In this document: piece by piece, positions 1 to 9,539 of the stretch
Layout of the letters: every line of letters starts with the position of its first letter
Numbering within the stretch: position 1 is the first letter of the stretch
Origin: a virus
Taxonomy: Duplodnaviria; Heunggongvirae; Uroviricota; Caudoviricetes
Virus record (IMG/VR): IMGVR_UViG_2585427787_000005
DNA length: 28,075 bases
Reading direction: 5' to 3' (one strand)
Position numbers and translations under genes: made by a program
Notes under the pieces: model-generated
The model's database searches: none
What the model saw: the letters and a program-made list of their open reading frames with translations, nothing else
Told to the model about the DNA's origin: nothing

Positions 1-116
1 ACCGGACCTTCAACCGGCCCTTCGCTGATGGCATCGATCACACTCAGCAACTGCGTGGACTTCAGGTTGTCCTTCGCTTCGCGCGGGGTATGCCCCTTAC
101 TGCTTCCTTTACCCAT
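1..116 (-). CDS. J: Tail tip / host-specificity protein J, N-terminal fragment (gene runs off the window start)
   Basis: Reverse complement of 116..69 translates MGKGSSKGHTPREAKD, the recalled lambda J N-terminus. ATG at 116..114 is preceded by GAGGA. Downstream of I on the same strand as in lambda. Confidence 0.85.
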   Translation of the reverse strand, partial: MGKGSSKGHTPREAKDNLKSTQLLSVIDAISEGPVEGP

Positions 117-138
117 TCCTCACGCTCCATAAATGACA

Positions 139-158
139 AAACCGCCCGCAGGCGGTTT
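139..158 (-). other. Perfect 8-bp stem / 4-nt loop hairpin between I and J (AAACCGCC-cgca-GGCGGTTT), followed on the minus strand by a T-rich tract
   Basis: Inverted repeat read directly from 139..146 and 151..158. Minus-strand sense is hairpin, then TTTTGTCATTTAT, then the J ribosome-binding site. Confidence 0.4.
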
Positions 159-176
159 CACATAAAACATTTTGCA

Positions 177-848
177 TCAGCGACCAATCACCACAACCTG
201 ACCACCGTCCCCTTCGTCTGCCGTGCTGATCTCCTGAGAAACCACGCGTGACCCCACGCGCATTTCCCCGTACAGAACAGGCAGAACATTGCCCTGGGCA
301 ACCATGTTATCCAGTGAGGAGAAATAGGTGTTCTGCTTACCGTTATCCGTTGTCTGTGTACGGGGAGTTCTGGCTTTCGGTGCCAGCATCTGCGCCACAC
401 CACCGAGCACCATACTGGCACCGAGAGAAAACAGGATGCCGGTCATACCACCGGCCCCAATGGCTGCCCCCCATGCTGCAAGGGTGGCTCCGGCGGTAAA
501 GAATGATCCGGCAATGGCGGCAGCCCCCAGGACAATCTGGAATACGCCACCTGACTTGGCCCCGGCGACTCTGGGAACAATATGAATCACAGCGCCATCA
601 GGCAGAGTCTCATGTAACTGCGCCGTTAACCCGGACGTGCTGACGTCCCGCCCGGCAATCCGTACCTGATACCAGCCGTCGCTCAGTTTCTGACGAAACG
701 CCGGGAGCTGTGTGGCCAGTGCCCAGATGGCTTCAGCCCCCGTTTTCACACGAAGGTCGATGCGGCGACCAAATCGTTGTAAATCCCCGTAAAGGCAGAT
801 GCGCGCCATGCCCGGTGACGCCAGAGGGAGTGTGTGCGTCGCTGCCAT
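177..848 (-). CDS. I: Tail tip assembly protein I
   Basis: 223-aa ORF MAATHTLPLASPGMARICLYGDLQRF matches recalled lambda gpI in sequence, length and position. It overlaps the 3' end of K by about 100 nt as in lambda. Confidence 0.93.
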   Translation of the reverse strand: MAATHTLPLASPGMARICLYGDLQRFGRRIDLRVKTGAEAIWALATQLPAFRQKLSDGWYQVRIAGRDVSTSGLTAQLHETLPDGAVIHIVPRVAGAKSGGVFQIVLGAAAIAGSFFTAGATLAAWGAAIGAGGMTGILFSLGASMVLGGVAQMLAPKARTPRTQTTDNGKQNTYFSSLDNMVAQGNVLPVLYGEMRVGSRVVSQEISTADEGDGGQVVVIGR

Positions 849-1489
849 TTGTCGGTGTACCTCTCTCGTTTGCTCAGTTGTTCAGGAATATGGTGCAGCA
901 GCTCACCGTCACCACAGTAAATGGCGGCATGATTCGGCACCGATGAACCAAAACAGCACAGCAGCACATCGCCCGGCTGCGCCGCTGACAACGGCACCTG
1001 ATACAGCCCTGTGGCCTCCAGATTATCCAGATAGAGATTCTGACCGTGACGCCACCAGTCATCCCCGCGATGAAAATCCGGCATCTCAATCCCCGCCAGA
1101 TGATAAGCATCCCGGAACAGCGTGTAACAGTCCGTCACCCCGTGCTCAAAGCGCCGCCCGGTGAGATGCGGCACACAGCGGAACTTATGAATCGCCCCCC
1201 GGCAGACCAGCCACCACGGCAAATCACTCTGCACCTGCAGCCGCCGGTCAGCCTCACTCAGCCAGGGCAGACCACCGGGGTGGCTGTGGACCAGCGCCAC
1301 AATCTCACCCTGCATTTCTGCCTGCAGCCAGTCCTCCGGAGCCATCCGGAAATAATCCTCCGGCTCACCGGAAATATTCACGCCGGGAAAATATCTTTCC
1401 CCCTCCGGCGTGCTTACCACGAAGCCGCACGACTCCGCTGGCGCACATCGCCGGGCGTGCGCCAGAATCGCTGATTCTGTCTGTGTCAT
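746..1489 (-). CDS. K: Tail tip assembly protein K (MPN/JAMM-like HSHPGG motif plus NlpC/P60-like C-terminal region)
   Basis: 247-aa ORF MTQTESAILAHARRCAPAESCGF with HSHPGG...SEAD motif. ATG at 1489 lies 5 nt after the L stop. The classical 199-aa lambda annotation would start at the internal Met (MAPEDW, about 1345). Confidence 0.85.
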   Translation of the reverse strand: MTQTESAILAHARRCAPAESCGFVVSTPEGERYFPGVNISGEPEDYFRMAPEDWLQAEMQGEIVALVHSHPGGLPWLSEADRRLQVQSDLPWWLVCRGAIHKFRCVPHLTGRRFEHGVTDCYTLFRDAYHLAGIEMPDFHRGDDWWRHGQNLYLDNLEATGLYQVPLSAAQPGDVLLCCFGSSVPNHAAIYCGDGELLHHIPEQLSKRERYTDKWQRRTHSLWRHRAWRASAFTGIYNDLVAASTFV

Positions 1490-1494
1490 GGGAT

Positions 1495-2193
1495 TTACTG
1501 CGAAAGTTTGTTAATGGAAAGGAAGCCGCCAAAGTTGCCGACGTTATTGCGGAACTTACAACCGCTCAGGCATTTGCTGCATTTATCCTTCGTGATATCG
1601 GACGTTGGCTGGTCATATTCATCCGCGACTGCCGGACCGCTATAACCGCACTCATCACCGCGATAGGTCCAGGTGCAGGTGTTGGCCAGCATGATACGTC
1701 CCGGAAAAACAGCACCGTCCGTTTCCGTCGGCGTGGACAGTACAAAAGAGGCACTCACCGCGCTCAGTTCGCTGCACTGCTCAATGCGCCAGCGGCTGAT
1801 CACCTCCTGCTCCGGATCGGCGCCACTGTTTCCGTTGACGAAGTTCACCGCATCCAGAAAACGGGCGTAAACCTTACGCCGGACCACCGTTCCACCGACC
1901 AGACTCTGCAGATCTTCCGCCATCCCGGTGACCATACCGTACAGGTTAGAAACCGTCAGTGTGGGGCGCGTACTGGTGCCTTTGCCATTCAGTTCAAAAC
2001 CACTCCCCTGAATGGGATACGGCTGATACTGTCGCCCCTGCCAGGTGACCGGCTCACCTTTTTCGTTCTGCTCATTACAGAAAAAATAACGTTCTCCACC
2101 GACCTCTGTCAGGTCGATTTCCCAGAGCACCACGCTGGCCGACTGCTCCGCACGGGTGCATTCATTCAGTGTTTCCTGCCGGATATCCTGCAT
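1495..2193 (-). CDS. L: Tail tip assembly protein L
   Basis: 232-aa ORF MQDIRQETLNECTRAEQSASVVLWEIDLTEVGGERYFFCNE, recalled lambda gpL. Start overlaps the M stop. Confidence 0.93.
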   Translation of the reverse strand: MQDIRQETLNECTRAEQSASVVLWEIDLTEVGGERYFFCNEQNEKGEPVTWQGRQYQPYPIQGSGFELNGKGTSTRPTLTVSNLYGMVTGMAEDLQSLVGGTVVRRKVYARFLDAVNFVNGNSGADPEQEVISRWRIEQCSELSAVSASFVLSTPTETDGAVFPGRIMLANTCTWTYRGDECGYSGPAVADEYDQPTSDITKDKCSKCLSGCKFRNNVGNFGGFLSINKLSQ

Positions 2194-2522
2194 CAGTTCA
2201 CCACCTGTTCAAACTCTGCGCTGAACTCAACACGCAGCATACTGACCCGCGACGACCATTTTGCGCAGGTCACCTTTATCTGCCGCCACTCATAAGGCGG
2301 CGTCCACAGAAAGGATTTCCAGCCCCCGTGCTCTTCCAGAAACGACTCCAGTACCGTGGCCTCCTCACGGGGGACAGAAAGCGTCACGCTGTACGTTTTC
2401 AGGTTGGCATTCAGCCCGGCAGGCGCTCGCTGGGAATAGCCATCACCAAAGCGCACCTTTCTTACAGAAGGGACCGAAGCCACATCCATACCGGGTTTCA
2501 CTTTCCAGCGGAAGGTCTTCAT
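2193..2522 (-). CDS. M: Tail tip assembly protein M
   Basis: 109-aa ORF MKTFRWKVKPGMDVASVPSVRKVRFGDGYSQRAPAGL, recalled lambda gpM. ATGA overlap with the H stop. Confidence 0.93.
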   Translation of the reverse strand: MKTFRWKVKPGMDVASVPSVRKVRFGDGYSQRAPAGLNANLKTYSVTLSVPREEATVLESFLEEHGGWKSFLWTPPYEWRQIKVTCAKWSSRVSMLRVEFSAEFEQVVN

Positions 2523-5080
2523 CGTCCACCTCCGGAGAACAGGCCACCATCACGCATCTGTGTCTGAATTTCATCACGGGCACCCTTGCGGGCCATGTCA
2601 TACACTGCCTTCATCATCTGTGGACCTGGCAGACCATTCGTACCGTCGTTCTGAATCACCACGTGATTGTTCTGATTAAAATTAATGCCTTCAGCCCGCC
2701 GCATCTGCGCCGGACTTCCGGCACCGCCCACATAACCACCTTCCGCATAGCCCCGCATCAGGCGGTACAGGTTGCCCACGCCAATCCGGCTGGTTGCCTC
2801 CTTCGTGAAGACAAACTCACCACGGTGAACAATCCCCGCTGGCTCATATTTGCCGCCGGTTCCCGTAAATCCTCCGGTCGCAAAATGGAATTTCGCCGCA
2901 GCGGCCTGAATGGCTGTACCGCCTGACGCGGATGCGCCGCCACCAACAGCCCCGCCAATGGCGCTGCCGATACTCCCGACAATCCCCACCATTGCCTGCT
3001 TAAGCAGAATTTCTGTCATCATGGACAGCACGGAACGGGTGAAGCTGCGCCAGTTCTGCTCACTGCCGGTCAGCATCGCCGCCATATTCTGCGCAATACC
3101 ATCAAAGGTCTGCGCGGCTGCACTTTTAACCTGCGACATACTGTCCGTGGCGCTCTCTTCCCACTCACACCAGCCGGACTTCAGGCCTGCCATCCAGTTC
3201 CCGCGAAGCTGGTCTTCAGCCGCCCAGGTCTTTTTCTGCTCTGACATGACGTTATTCAGCGCCAGCGGATTATCGCCATACTGTTCCTTCAGGCGCTGTT
3301 CCGTGGCTTCCCGTTCTGCCTGCCGGTCAGTCACCCCCCGGCTTTTCGCATCAATGGCGGCCCGTTTTGCCCGTTGCTGCTGTGCGAATTTATCCGCCTG
3401 CTGCGCCAGCGCGTTCAGGCGCTCCTGATACGTAACCTTGTCGCCAAGTGCAGCCAGCTGGCGTTTGTACTCCAGCGTCTCATCTTTATGCGCCAGCAGG
3501 GATTTCTCCTGTGCGGATAGCTGGCGACGTTGTGCCGCCTCCTCCAGTACCGCGAACTGATTTTCAGCCTTCCACAAATCCCGGCGCTGCTGGCTGATTT
3601 TCTCATTCGCTCCGGCATGCTTCTCCAGCGTCCGGAGTTCTGCCTGAAGCGTCAGCAGGGCAGCATGAGCACTGTCTTCCTGACGATCGCCCGCAGACAC
3701 TTTCACGCCGGACTGTTTCGGCTTTTTCAGCGTCGCTTCATAGTCCTTTTTCGCCGCCGCCATCAGCGTGTTGTAATCTGCCTGCAGAATTTTCCCGTCC
3801 TTCAGTGCCTTGTTCAGTTCTTCCTGACGGGCGGTATATTTCTCCAGCGGCGTCTGCAGGCGTTCATAAGCCTTCTGCGCCTCTTCGGTATATTTCAGCC
3901 GTGACGCTTCGGTATCGCTCTGCTGCTGCGCATTTTTGTCCTGTTGAGTCTGCTGCTCAGCCTTCTTTCGGGCGGCTTCAAGCGCAAGACGGGCCTTTTC
4001 ACGATCATCCCAGTAACGCGCCCGCGCTTCATCGTTAACAAAATAATCATCCTTGCGCAGATTCCAGATGTCGTCTGCTTTCTTAAACGCAGCCTCTGCC
4101 TTAATCAGCATCTCCTGCGCGGTATCAGGACGACCAATATCCAGCACCGCATCCCACATGGATTTGAATGCCCGTGCTGTCCTGTCTGCCCAGGTCTCCA
4201 GCGTGCCCATGTTCTCTTTCAGGCGGCGGGTCTGGTCATCAAACCCTTTCGTTGCGGCCTCGTTCGCCGCCTGCAATGCCCCGGCTTCATCGCCGGAACG
4301 CTGCAACTGAGCAACATACGCAATCTGCTCCGCCGTCACGTTATGGAACTGGCGTGCCATCGCCGTCAGCCCCGACGTCGGGTCTGTGGTCAGCTTCCCG
4401 AAGGCTTCAGCGACCTTGTCCACCTCCACGCCGGATGCAGAGGAGAAACGCGCCACACTCTGGCTGATGGACGCAATCTGAGCCTCACCGCTTACCCCCG
4501 CCTTAACCAGTGCGCTGAGTGACTCGCTGGTCTGGTTAAACGTCAGCCCTGCCGCCTGCCCGGCTCTGGACAGGGCCAGAATACGATCTGCCGTCAGTCC
4601 CGCCTGATTGCCGGAAAGGACCAGCGTTTTGTTGAAATCGGACAGGGTTGAGTTGCCCTGATACCAGGCATACGCCAGCGCACCGGTCGCCACCGCCAGC
4701 GAGGTGGCCCCCACCATCGGCAGGGTGATCGCACCGGCAAGCCCCCTGAACATGGGGATCATCCCGCCGAAGGAGTCCTTAACCTGACCCCCCTGTTGCA
4801 GCAGGATCAGCCACGGACTTTGCCCGCCTGCAAGCTGCGTGGCCACGTCGGTGAACTGTGCAGGCAGCATACGCATGGCGGCTTTATACTGCCCGACGGA
4901 AATCCCCGCTTTCTGTGCAGCCAGCGCCTGTCGGCTCAGCGACTGTTCAACGACTGCCGCTGTTTTTTTCGCATCAGTTTCCGTACCGGAAAAATGACGC
5001 CTGACTCTGGCCATCTGCTCGTCAAATCTGGCCGCATCCAGACTTAAATCAACGACCAGATCGCCTACCGGTTCAGCCAT
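2519..5080 (-). CDS. H: Tail tape-measure protein H
   Basis: 853-aa ORF MAEPVGDLVVDLSLDAARFDEQMARVRRHF, the same length as lambda gpH. Long coiled-coil middle and Gly-rich C-terminal region. Confidence 0.95.
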   Translation of the reverse strand: MAEPVGDLVVDLSLDAARFDEQMARVRRHFSGTETDAKKTAAVVEQSLSRQALAAQKAGISVGQYKAAMRMLPAQFTDVATQLAGGQSPWLILLQQGGQVKDSFGGMIPMFRGLAGAITLPMVGATSLAVATGALAYAWYQGNSTLSDFNKTLVLSGNQAGLTADRILALSRAGQAAGLTFNQTSESLSALVKAGVSGEAQIASISQSVARFSSASGVEVDKVAEAFGKLTTDPTSGLTAMARQFHNVTAEQIAYVAQLQRSGDEAGALQAANEAATKGFDDQTRRLKENMGTLETWADRTARAFKSMWDAVLDIGRPDTAQEMLIKAEAAFKKADDIWNLRKDDYFVNDEARARYWDDREKARLALEAARKKAEQQTQQDKNAQQQSDTEASRLKYTEEAQKAYERLQTPLEKYTARQEELNKALKDGKILQADYNTLMAAAKKDYEATLKKPKQSGVKVSAGDRQEDSAHAALLTLQAELRTLEKHAGANEKISQQRRDLWKAENQFAVLEEAAQRRQLSAQEKSLLAHKDETLEYKRQLAALGDKVTYQERLNALAQQADKFAQQQRAKRAAIDAKSRGVTDRQAEREATEQRLKEQYGDNPLALNNVMSEQKKTWAAEDQLRGNWMAGLKSGWCEWEESATDSMSQVKSAAAQTFDGIAQNMAAMLTGSEQNWRSFTRSVLSMMTEILLKQAMVGIVGSIGSAIGGAVGGGASASGGTAIQAAAAKFHFATGGFTGTGGKYEPAGIVHRGEFVFTKEATSRIGVGNLYRLMRGYAEGGYVGGAGSPAQMRRAEGINFNQNNHVVIQNDGTNGLPGPQMMKAVYDMARKGARDEIQTQMRDGGLFSGGGR

Positions 5081-5911
5081 ACCGGACTCCTCCTGCGATC
5101 CCTTCTGATACTGTCATCAGCATTACGTCATCCTCCGTCATGTCCGCCACATCCGGGGAAGCGGGGATAACTTCATTCCCGTCCGGGCCAAAACGAACGC
5201 CTCCGGCAAGCCCTGCCGCTTTCTGCATCAGCACATCATCTTCAGGCTCTTCGTCAGCCTCGCGCCGGTTCAGCAGACTGAAATCCAGCGGATGCATATC
5301 CGGATCGCTGAAAAACAGGCTGAGCACGGTGTACGTCAGCCCGGAAAAGTGCATATCCAGCAGAACATCATGAAAATAATGGGTACTGTAAAAGCGGTGC
5401 CAGTCGGCATACTCCGTGGATGACATCCCGGCAAGCATGGCACGCCAGTCGGGTCGCCCCATCTCGCGCGCCAGTTTCAGGGCAAAACTCAGCTCACCGT
5501 CGAACACTTTCCCGCAGAAACAGGCTCTGCAGGCCCGGCGTCCTCTGCCTGTTCAGGGGCATCATTCACCACAAACTCATACATACCAGACAGCCGGTAC
5601 ACCACGTTTTCAGCATGAGAAATTGCCTCCGTGGGCCAGGTGGTAAGCACTTCCTGCTCAATCTGTTTAACGGCTTCATTCATGGACGGCATCTGCGTCT
5701 TCTGCGGATGGTTATGCCACAGGGACATCGCCACCAGAAACGCGCCGGTTCTGATGGCGTCTTCCACAGTAAACTTCCGGTTGCTGTCTGACTCCGCCTG
5801 TTCTGCCTGCCGTTTCATCAGGGCGAGATGCTCAATGCGCTGCAGGGCTGACAGTTCAGAAAGCGTGACGGTCACACCGTTATGTTCAAATGATTCGGTT
5901 TTCAGGAACAT
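5073..5911 (-). CDS. T: Tail assembly chaperone G-T fusion made by a programmed -1 ribosomal frameshift (G frame 5911..5510, T frame 5507..5073)
   Basis: T-frame ORF (144 aa, ...FDGELSFALKLAREMGRPDWRAMLAGMSS) has no independent ATG. The slippery heptamer G GGA AAG sits at 5513..5507 on the minus strand, six codons before the G stop. Frame arithmetic confirms the T frame is -1 relative to G. Confidence 0.85.
5489..5911 (-). CDS. G: Tail assembly chaperone G
   Basis: 140-aa ORF MFLKTESFEHNGVTVTLSELSALQRIEHLALMKRQAEQ, recalled lambda gpG. Confidence 0.93.
   Translation of the reverse strand: MFLKTESFEHNGVTVTLSELSALQRIEHLALMKRQAEQAESDSNRKFTVEDAIRTGAFLVAMSLWHNHPQKTQMPSMNEAVKQIEQEVLTTWPTEAISHAENVVYRLSGMYEFVVNDAPEQAEDAGPAEPVSAGKCSTVS
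5507..5513 (-). promoter_or_regulatory. G-T programmed frameshift slippery site GGGAAAG
   Basis: Plus strand reads CTTTCCC at 5507..5513. In the G frame this is G GGA AAG, and the -1 shift enters the open T frame. Confidence 0.8.
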
Positions 5912-5926
5912 CGCTGACTCTCCGGA

Positions 5927-6667
5927 TTAACTGGCGGTGACGGTGATTTCTGCAACCGCAGCAAACTCACCATTACCGGATACGACCGGAATGTTGACCT
6001 TACCTGCAGCAACGCCATTCACGGTGATGGTCATACCACTGACCGACACGGTGGCTTTTGTTTTATCCGCTGACACTGCACGGAAGCTCTTGTCGGTTGC
6101 GCCTTCCGGCTGGAAGGCCACGGTCAGCGTGGTGCTCTTCCCTTTCACTACGGAAGCGCTGGCTGGCGTCACGGTCATACCGGTTGCCGCTGTTACCGTG
6201 CTGCGATCTTCTGCCATCGACGGACGTCCCACATTGGTGACTTTCACCGTGCGGGTGATCACTTCCTTCGCCGTCACCGCCTTACCGATACTGCTGACCC
6301 AGCCACGGAACACATCGACCGTGCCGTTCGGGAAGCGGATTTTATAGGCACGGGTATCGCCTTCATTAAACCACGCCAGCAGCGCCTGCTGCCCCTGCTC
6401 TCCGGGCATCCACGCCAGCGTGAAGCTGGTATCTCCGGCAGATTTCTGCCCCTGCCCGCTCGCAGTCCAGTCTGCATCTTCATCATCGAGATAGCTGTCG
6501 TCATAGGACTCAGCGGTCAGTTCGCCGGGCGTCAGGTCTTTAACTTTTGCCAGACGCGACCAGTCAACGTCTGAAAGCGGATTCGCATAAGGGTCACCGC
6601 TCCCCTTATAAACCCACAGGGTGGTCCCGGCACCTTTCACCGGCATTACAGGATTTGGTACAGGCAT
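5927..6667 (-). CDS. V: Major tail tube protein V
   Basis: ORF contains [30 protein letters not shown] (246 aa from ATG at 6667). C-terminal Ig-like region. Recalled lambda gpV. Confidence 0.93.
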   Translation of the reverse strand: MPVPNPVMPVKGAGTTLWVYKGSGDPYANPLSDVDWSRLAKVKDLTPGELTAESYDDSYLDDEDADWTASGQGQKSAGDTSFTLAWMPGEQGQQALLAWFNEGDTRAYKIRFPNGTVDVFRGWVSSIGKAVTAKEVITRTVKVTNVGRPSMAEDRSTVTAATGMTVTPASASVVKGKSTTLTVAFQPEGATDKSFRAVSADKTKATVSVSGMTITVNGVAAGKVNIPVVSGNGEFAAVAEITVTAS

Positions 6668-6674
6668 AGCGTCC

Positions 6675-7070
6675 TCACATTTCATAGGTAATGACATAAG
6701 TCAGATCGGCTGAACTCCACAGGCCCGCATCATCGTCGCGCCGGTAGTCATAGCCGCTGGCCACCATACTGGTGATCAAATCTGACAGTGCCGGGATATC
6801 ACTCATCACCGGATAAATCCGGGACTCCATCCACGCATCCAGCTCTGAATCCGGCACCTGAGCAGGCAGGAAAACTTCGATATGCAGCTCCGCCTGCCAG
6901 GTATCGCTGTCCAGCTCTTCGCCCGTGTATTCAGCGCCGGTGAGATAAACGGCAACTGCCGGAAAATCCGCCTCATCAAAAACAGCGGGGCGACCATCAA
7001 AAAACGTCGCCCCGGTGTCATGCTTCTCCAGTGCATCCAGTACGGCTGCACGGAGTTCAGTATGTTTCAT
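6675..7070 (-). CDS. U: Tail terminator protein U
   Basis: 131-aa [46 protein letters not shown], recalled lambda gpU. ATGA overlap with Z. Confidence 0.93.
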   Translation of the reverse strand: MKHTELRAAVLDALEKHDTGATFFDGRPAVFDEADFPAVAVYLTGAEYTGEELDSDTWQAELHIEVFLPAQVPDSELDAWMESRIYPVMSDIPALSDLITSMVASGYDYRRDDDAGLWSSADLTYVITYEM

Positions 7071-7645
7071 CGCTTTATTACCATCCTCAGTTGATGCTGC
7101 AGCGCATAGCCCAGCTCTTTCGGAAGACGCTCACGCCGTATCCGCTCAATATTCTGTTTAAACGCCGTGGTCAGCGGCACCGCCATCGGGATTTTCACCA
7201 CATCAATGGGGTAACGGTTTTTCCCGGCCACACGCTGCATGACATGCCAGCGGCCATTTTTCAGTTGCTGAATAAACGCGCCGGGAATACGACGGTTTCC
7301 CACCACAAGCACGCTGCCGCCACCTTTCAGGGCTGAACGCTGCCCCTTTTTACGACGCCTGCGTCGGGACAGGACAATCCGCGCGTTACCCAGCTTTATT
7401 ACGGGCAAATCCCCCCGGTTAACCTTGATTCTGGCCTGCGGATTTTTGACCGTGGCCCTTTTCAGCCTGGCCCTTTCCTTTACCAGTTTCCGGCGTACCT
7501 TTGTCTCACGGGCAACCTGTGACGCCGACTGCGATATCGCGGATGAAGCAACGCGGTTAATGGCCATTGCGGCGGCACCAGGCACCGCCGTTTTGCTGAT
7601 ACGGCTGAGGTTTTCAACGGCCTGCTCAAGACCTTTTATGGCCAT
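7067..7645 (-). CDS. Z: Tail completion protein Z
   Basis: 192-aa ORF MAIKGLEQAVENLSRISKTAVPGAAAMAINRVASSAISQSASQ, recalled lambda gpZ. Confidence 0.93.
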   Translation of the reverse strand: MAIKGLEQAVENLSRISKTAVPGAAAMAINRVASSAISQSASQVARETKVRRKLVKERARLKRATVKNPQARIKVNRGDLPVIKLGNARIVLSRRRRRKKGQRSALKGGGSVLVVGNRRIPGAFIQQLKNGRWHVMQRVAGKNRYPIDVVKIPMAVPLTTAFKQNIERIRRERLPKELGYALQHQLRMVIKR

Positions 7646-7656
7646 ACATCCCCCTT

Positions 7657-8010
7657 TCAGCGGCGACGGTTAACGGCAGGCGGTACGCCCCGCCCAAGCC
7701 AGAGATGACAGCTTCCACCATCATCCGGCGAAACCCGGTCTATCCAGAAGTTTTCCTCACCGATGGTCAGCGTGTCTCCACGCCGCAGTTGCCGCACATC
7801 ATCAGTCCGGACAAACAGGGACGGGCTGGAGCCTTCAACGCGTACGCCCTGTCCGGCATAGCTGATATTTTCAGGGTCATCAAAAACACCACGTATTACT
7901 GCGCCGGACTGCTCACCGGATGTCATGGTGGCTGACGTTCCCATGTACCCACGTATCGTTTCATCGGCGCGGGCAATGGCAGCATCGAACAGGTTATCAA
8001 AATCAGCCAC
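7657..8010 (-). CDS. FII: Head-tail connector / head completion protein FII
   Basis: 117-aa ORF MADFDNLFDAAIARADETIRGYMGTSATMTSGEQSGAVIRG, recalled lambda gpFII. Confidence 0.93.
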   Translation of the reverse strand: MADFDNLFDAAIARADETIRGYMGTSATMTSGEQSGAVIRGVFDDPENISYAGQGVRVEGSSPSLFVRTDDVRQLRRGDTLTIGEENFWIDRVSPDDGGSCHLWLGRGVPPAVNRRR

Positions 8011-8021
8011 AGCGCCTCCCG

Positions 8022-8417
8022 TTATTGCATTCTGGCCAGGCCACGTTCTGTCATTTCGGCTGCCACACCGGCAGAGACACGAAACGCCGTTCCCGGCAGC
8101 ACAAATGCCACAGGTTCATCCCGCGTGGCGTGAAGTGCATCGGTATGCAGCGTCACCAGTGCCACAACCGTGACCAGAGCAGCCGTATCAGTCACGGTAT
8201 CCGTCTGTGCTGATACCACCTCATTTTCATGTCCGGTCAGCGCATTTTCCGGTCTGAGAGGGGTATCCTGACCGGCAGCGTCATCCGTGTCATCAAGCTC
8301 TTCTTCCAGCTCTGCCACACGGAGCGCCAGTTCTTCTTTCGTCCCCGTCAGGCTGACATCACGGTTCAGTTGCTCACCCAGCGACCGGAGACGGGCAATC
8401 AGTTCATCTTTCGTCAT
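8022..8417 (-). CDS. FI: DNA-packaging / head completion protein FI
   Basis: ORF contains MTKDELIARLRSLGEQLNRDVSLTGTKEELALRVAELEEEL. ATG at 8417 is preceded by GGAGGAG. The longer ORF-track start is an upstream non-ATG extension. Confidence 0.9.
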   Translation of the reverse strand: MTKDELIARLRSLGEQLNRDVSLTGTKEELALRVAELEEELDDTDDAAGQDTPLRPENALTGHENEVVSAQTDTVTDTAALVTVVALVTLHTDALHATRDEPVAFVLPGTAFRVSAGVAAEMTERGLARMQ

Positions 8418-8458
8418 GGACTCCTCCACAGAGAGAAAATGGCCCCGAAGGGCCACGA

Positions 8459-9484
8459 TTACGCCAGTTGTACGGACACGAACGCATCAGGGTCAGCCAG
8501 CAGCATCAGCGGTGCTGACTGAATCATGGTGAACTCACGCGCCGGATCGCCGGTGGTCACCCAGTTTTTCGGGTAGCGGGCAGAGGCGTTAATGCCTTCG
8601 CGCTGTGCGTCCGCATCCTGAATGCAGCCATAGGTGCGCAGACCGCGTGCCTGAGTGTTCCCCAGCACCATCGTGTTGTCCGGCAGGAAGTTCTTTTTGA
8701 CGTCGTTTTCCACGTACTGTCCGGAATACACGACGATCGCCACATCGCCATACATCCCCTTATAGGACACCGCTTCGCCCAGGTCTTTTACCGCTGTCTC
8801 CAGCTCGGAATTAGAGCCGCGACGGGTATCCAGCTTCTCCCTGACGGCTTTGAAGGAACGGAACAGCGCCCAGCCTTTCGGATCGAACACGATGATATTC
8901 ACCACACCGCTGGCGTTCAGCGCGTAGGCTTCGATATCGTCGGTCGGGTCATACGTGGACTTGTCACGCTTGCTCCACTCCGTGCCGCCAGACTGTGTGA
9001 TGTTATTCGCTTCACTGCGGCCCATATCCACCTCAACCGGATCGAAGGCTTCACCGGTCATGGTGTATTTGCCCTTGAGCACGGCAGAAACTGCCTGCAT
9101 CTCTTCGACCTGAGCAATGGCCAGCTCTTCGTCTCGCATGTTCTGCATGATGATGCGACGGCGGCGGTAAGCCGGGTCCGCCAGATTCTGTGGATCTTCA
9201 TCCGGCAGGCGACGCAGGGTCATCTGCGGATTCACCTCATGCTTGGGTTTGACATATCCCGGCGTAAATTCAGAGGTGGAGCCGCCACGGGAACGGATAA
9301 CCTCACCGGAAACAATCGGCGAAACGTACAGCGCCATGTTTACCAGTCCCGGAATTTGTGAGAGATAGACTTTCTCCGTAGTGAAGGGATAGCTCTCACG
9401 GAAAAAGAGACGCAGAAACAGCGGATCAAACTTAAATTTCTGCTCATTTGCCGCCAGCAGCTGGGCGGTTGTGTACATCGACAT
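8459..9484 (-). CDS. E: Major capsid protein E
   Basis: 341 aa from MSMYTTAQLLAANEQKFKFDPLFLRLFFRESYPFTTEKVY, recalled lambda gpE. ATG at 9484. Confidence 0.95.
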   Translation of the reverse strand: MSMYTTAQLLAANEQKFKFDPLFLRLFFRESYPFTTEKVYLSQIPGLVNMALYVSPIVSGEVIRSRGGSTSEFTPGYVKPKHEVNPQMTLRRLPDEDPQNLADPAYRRRRIIMQNMRDEELAIAQVEEMQAVSAVLKGKYTMTGEAFDPVEVDMGRSEANNITQSGGTEWSKRDKSTYDPTDDIEAYALNASGVVNIIVFDPKGWALFRSFKAVREKLDTRRGSNSELETAVKDLGEAVSYKGMYGDVAIVVYSGQYVENDVKKNFLPDNTMVLGNTQARGLRTYGCIQDADAQREGINASARYPKNWVTTGDPAREFTMIQSAPLMLLADPDAFVSVQLA

Positions 9485-9539
9485 AAAAAAATCCCGTAAA
9501 AAAAGCCGCACAGGCGGCCTTTAGTGATGAAGGGTCAGG

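Noticed and set aside
2910-4522. Several long plus-strand ORFs (2910..3428, 3530..3904, 3944..4522, 4168..4467) inside the H tape-measure gene
   Set aside because: They are antisense to a confidently identified 853-aa gene, have low-complexity Ala/Arg/Ser/Pro-rich translations typical of antisense frames in GC-rich coding DNA, and have no ribosome-binding sites.
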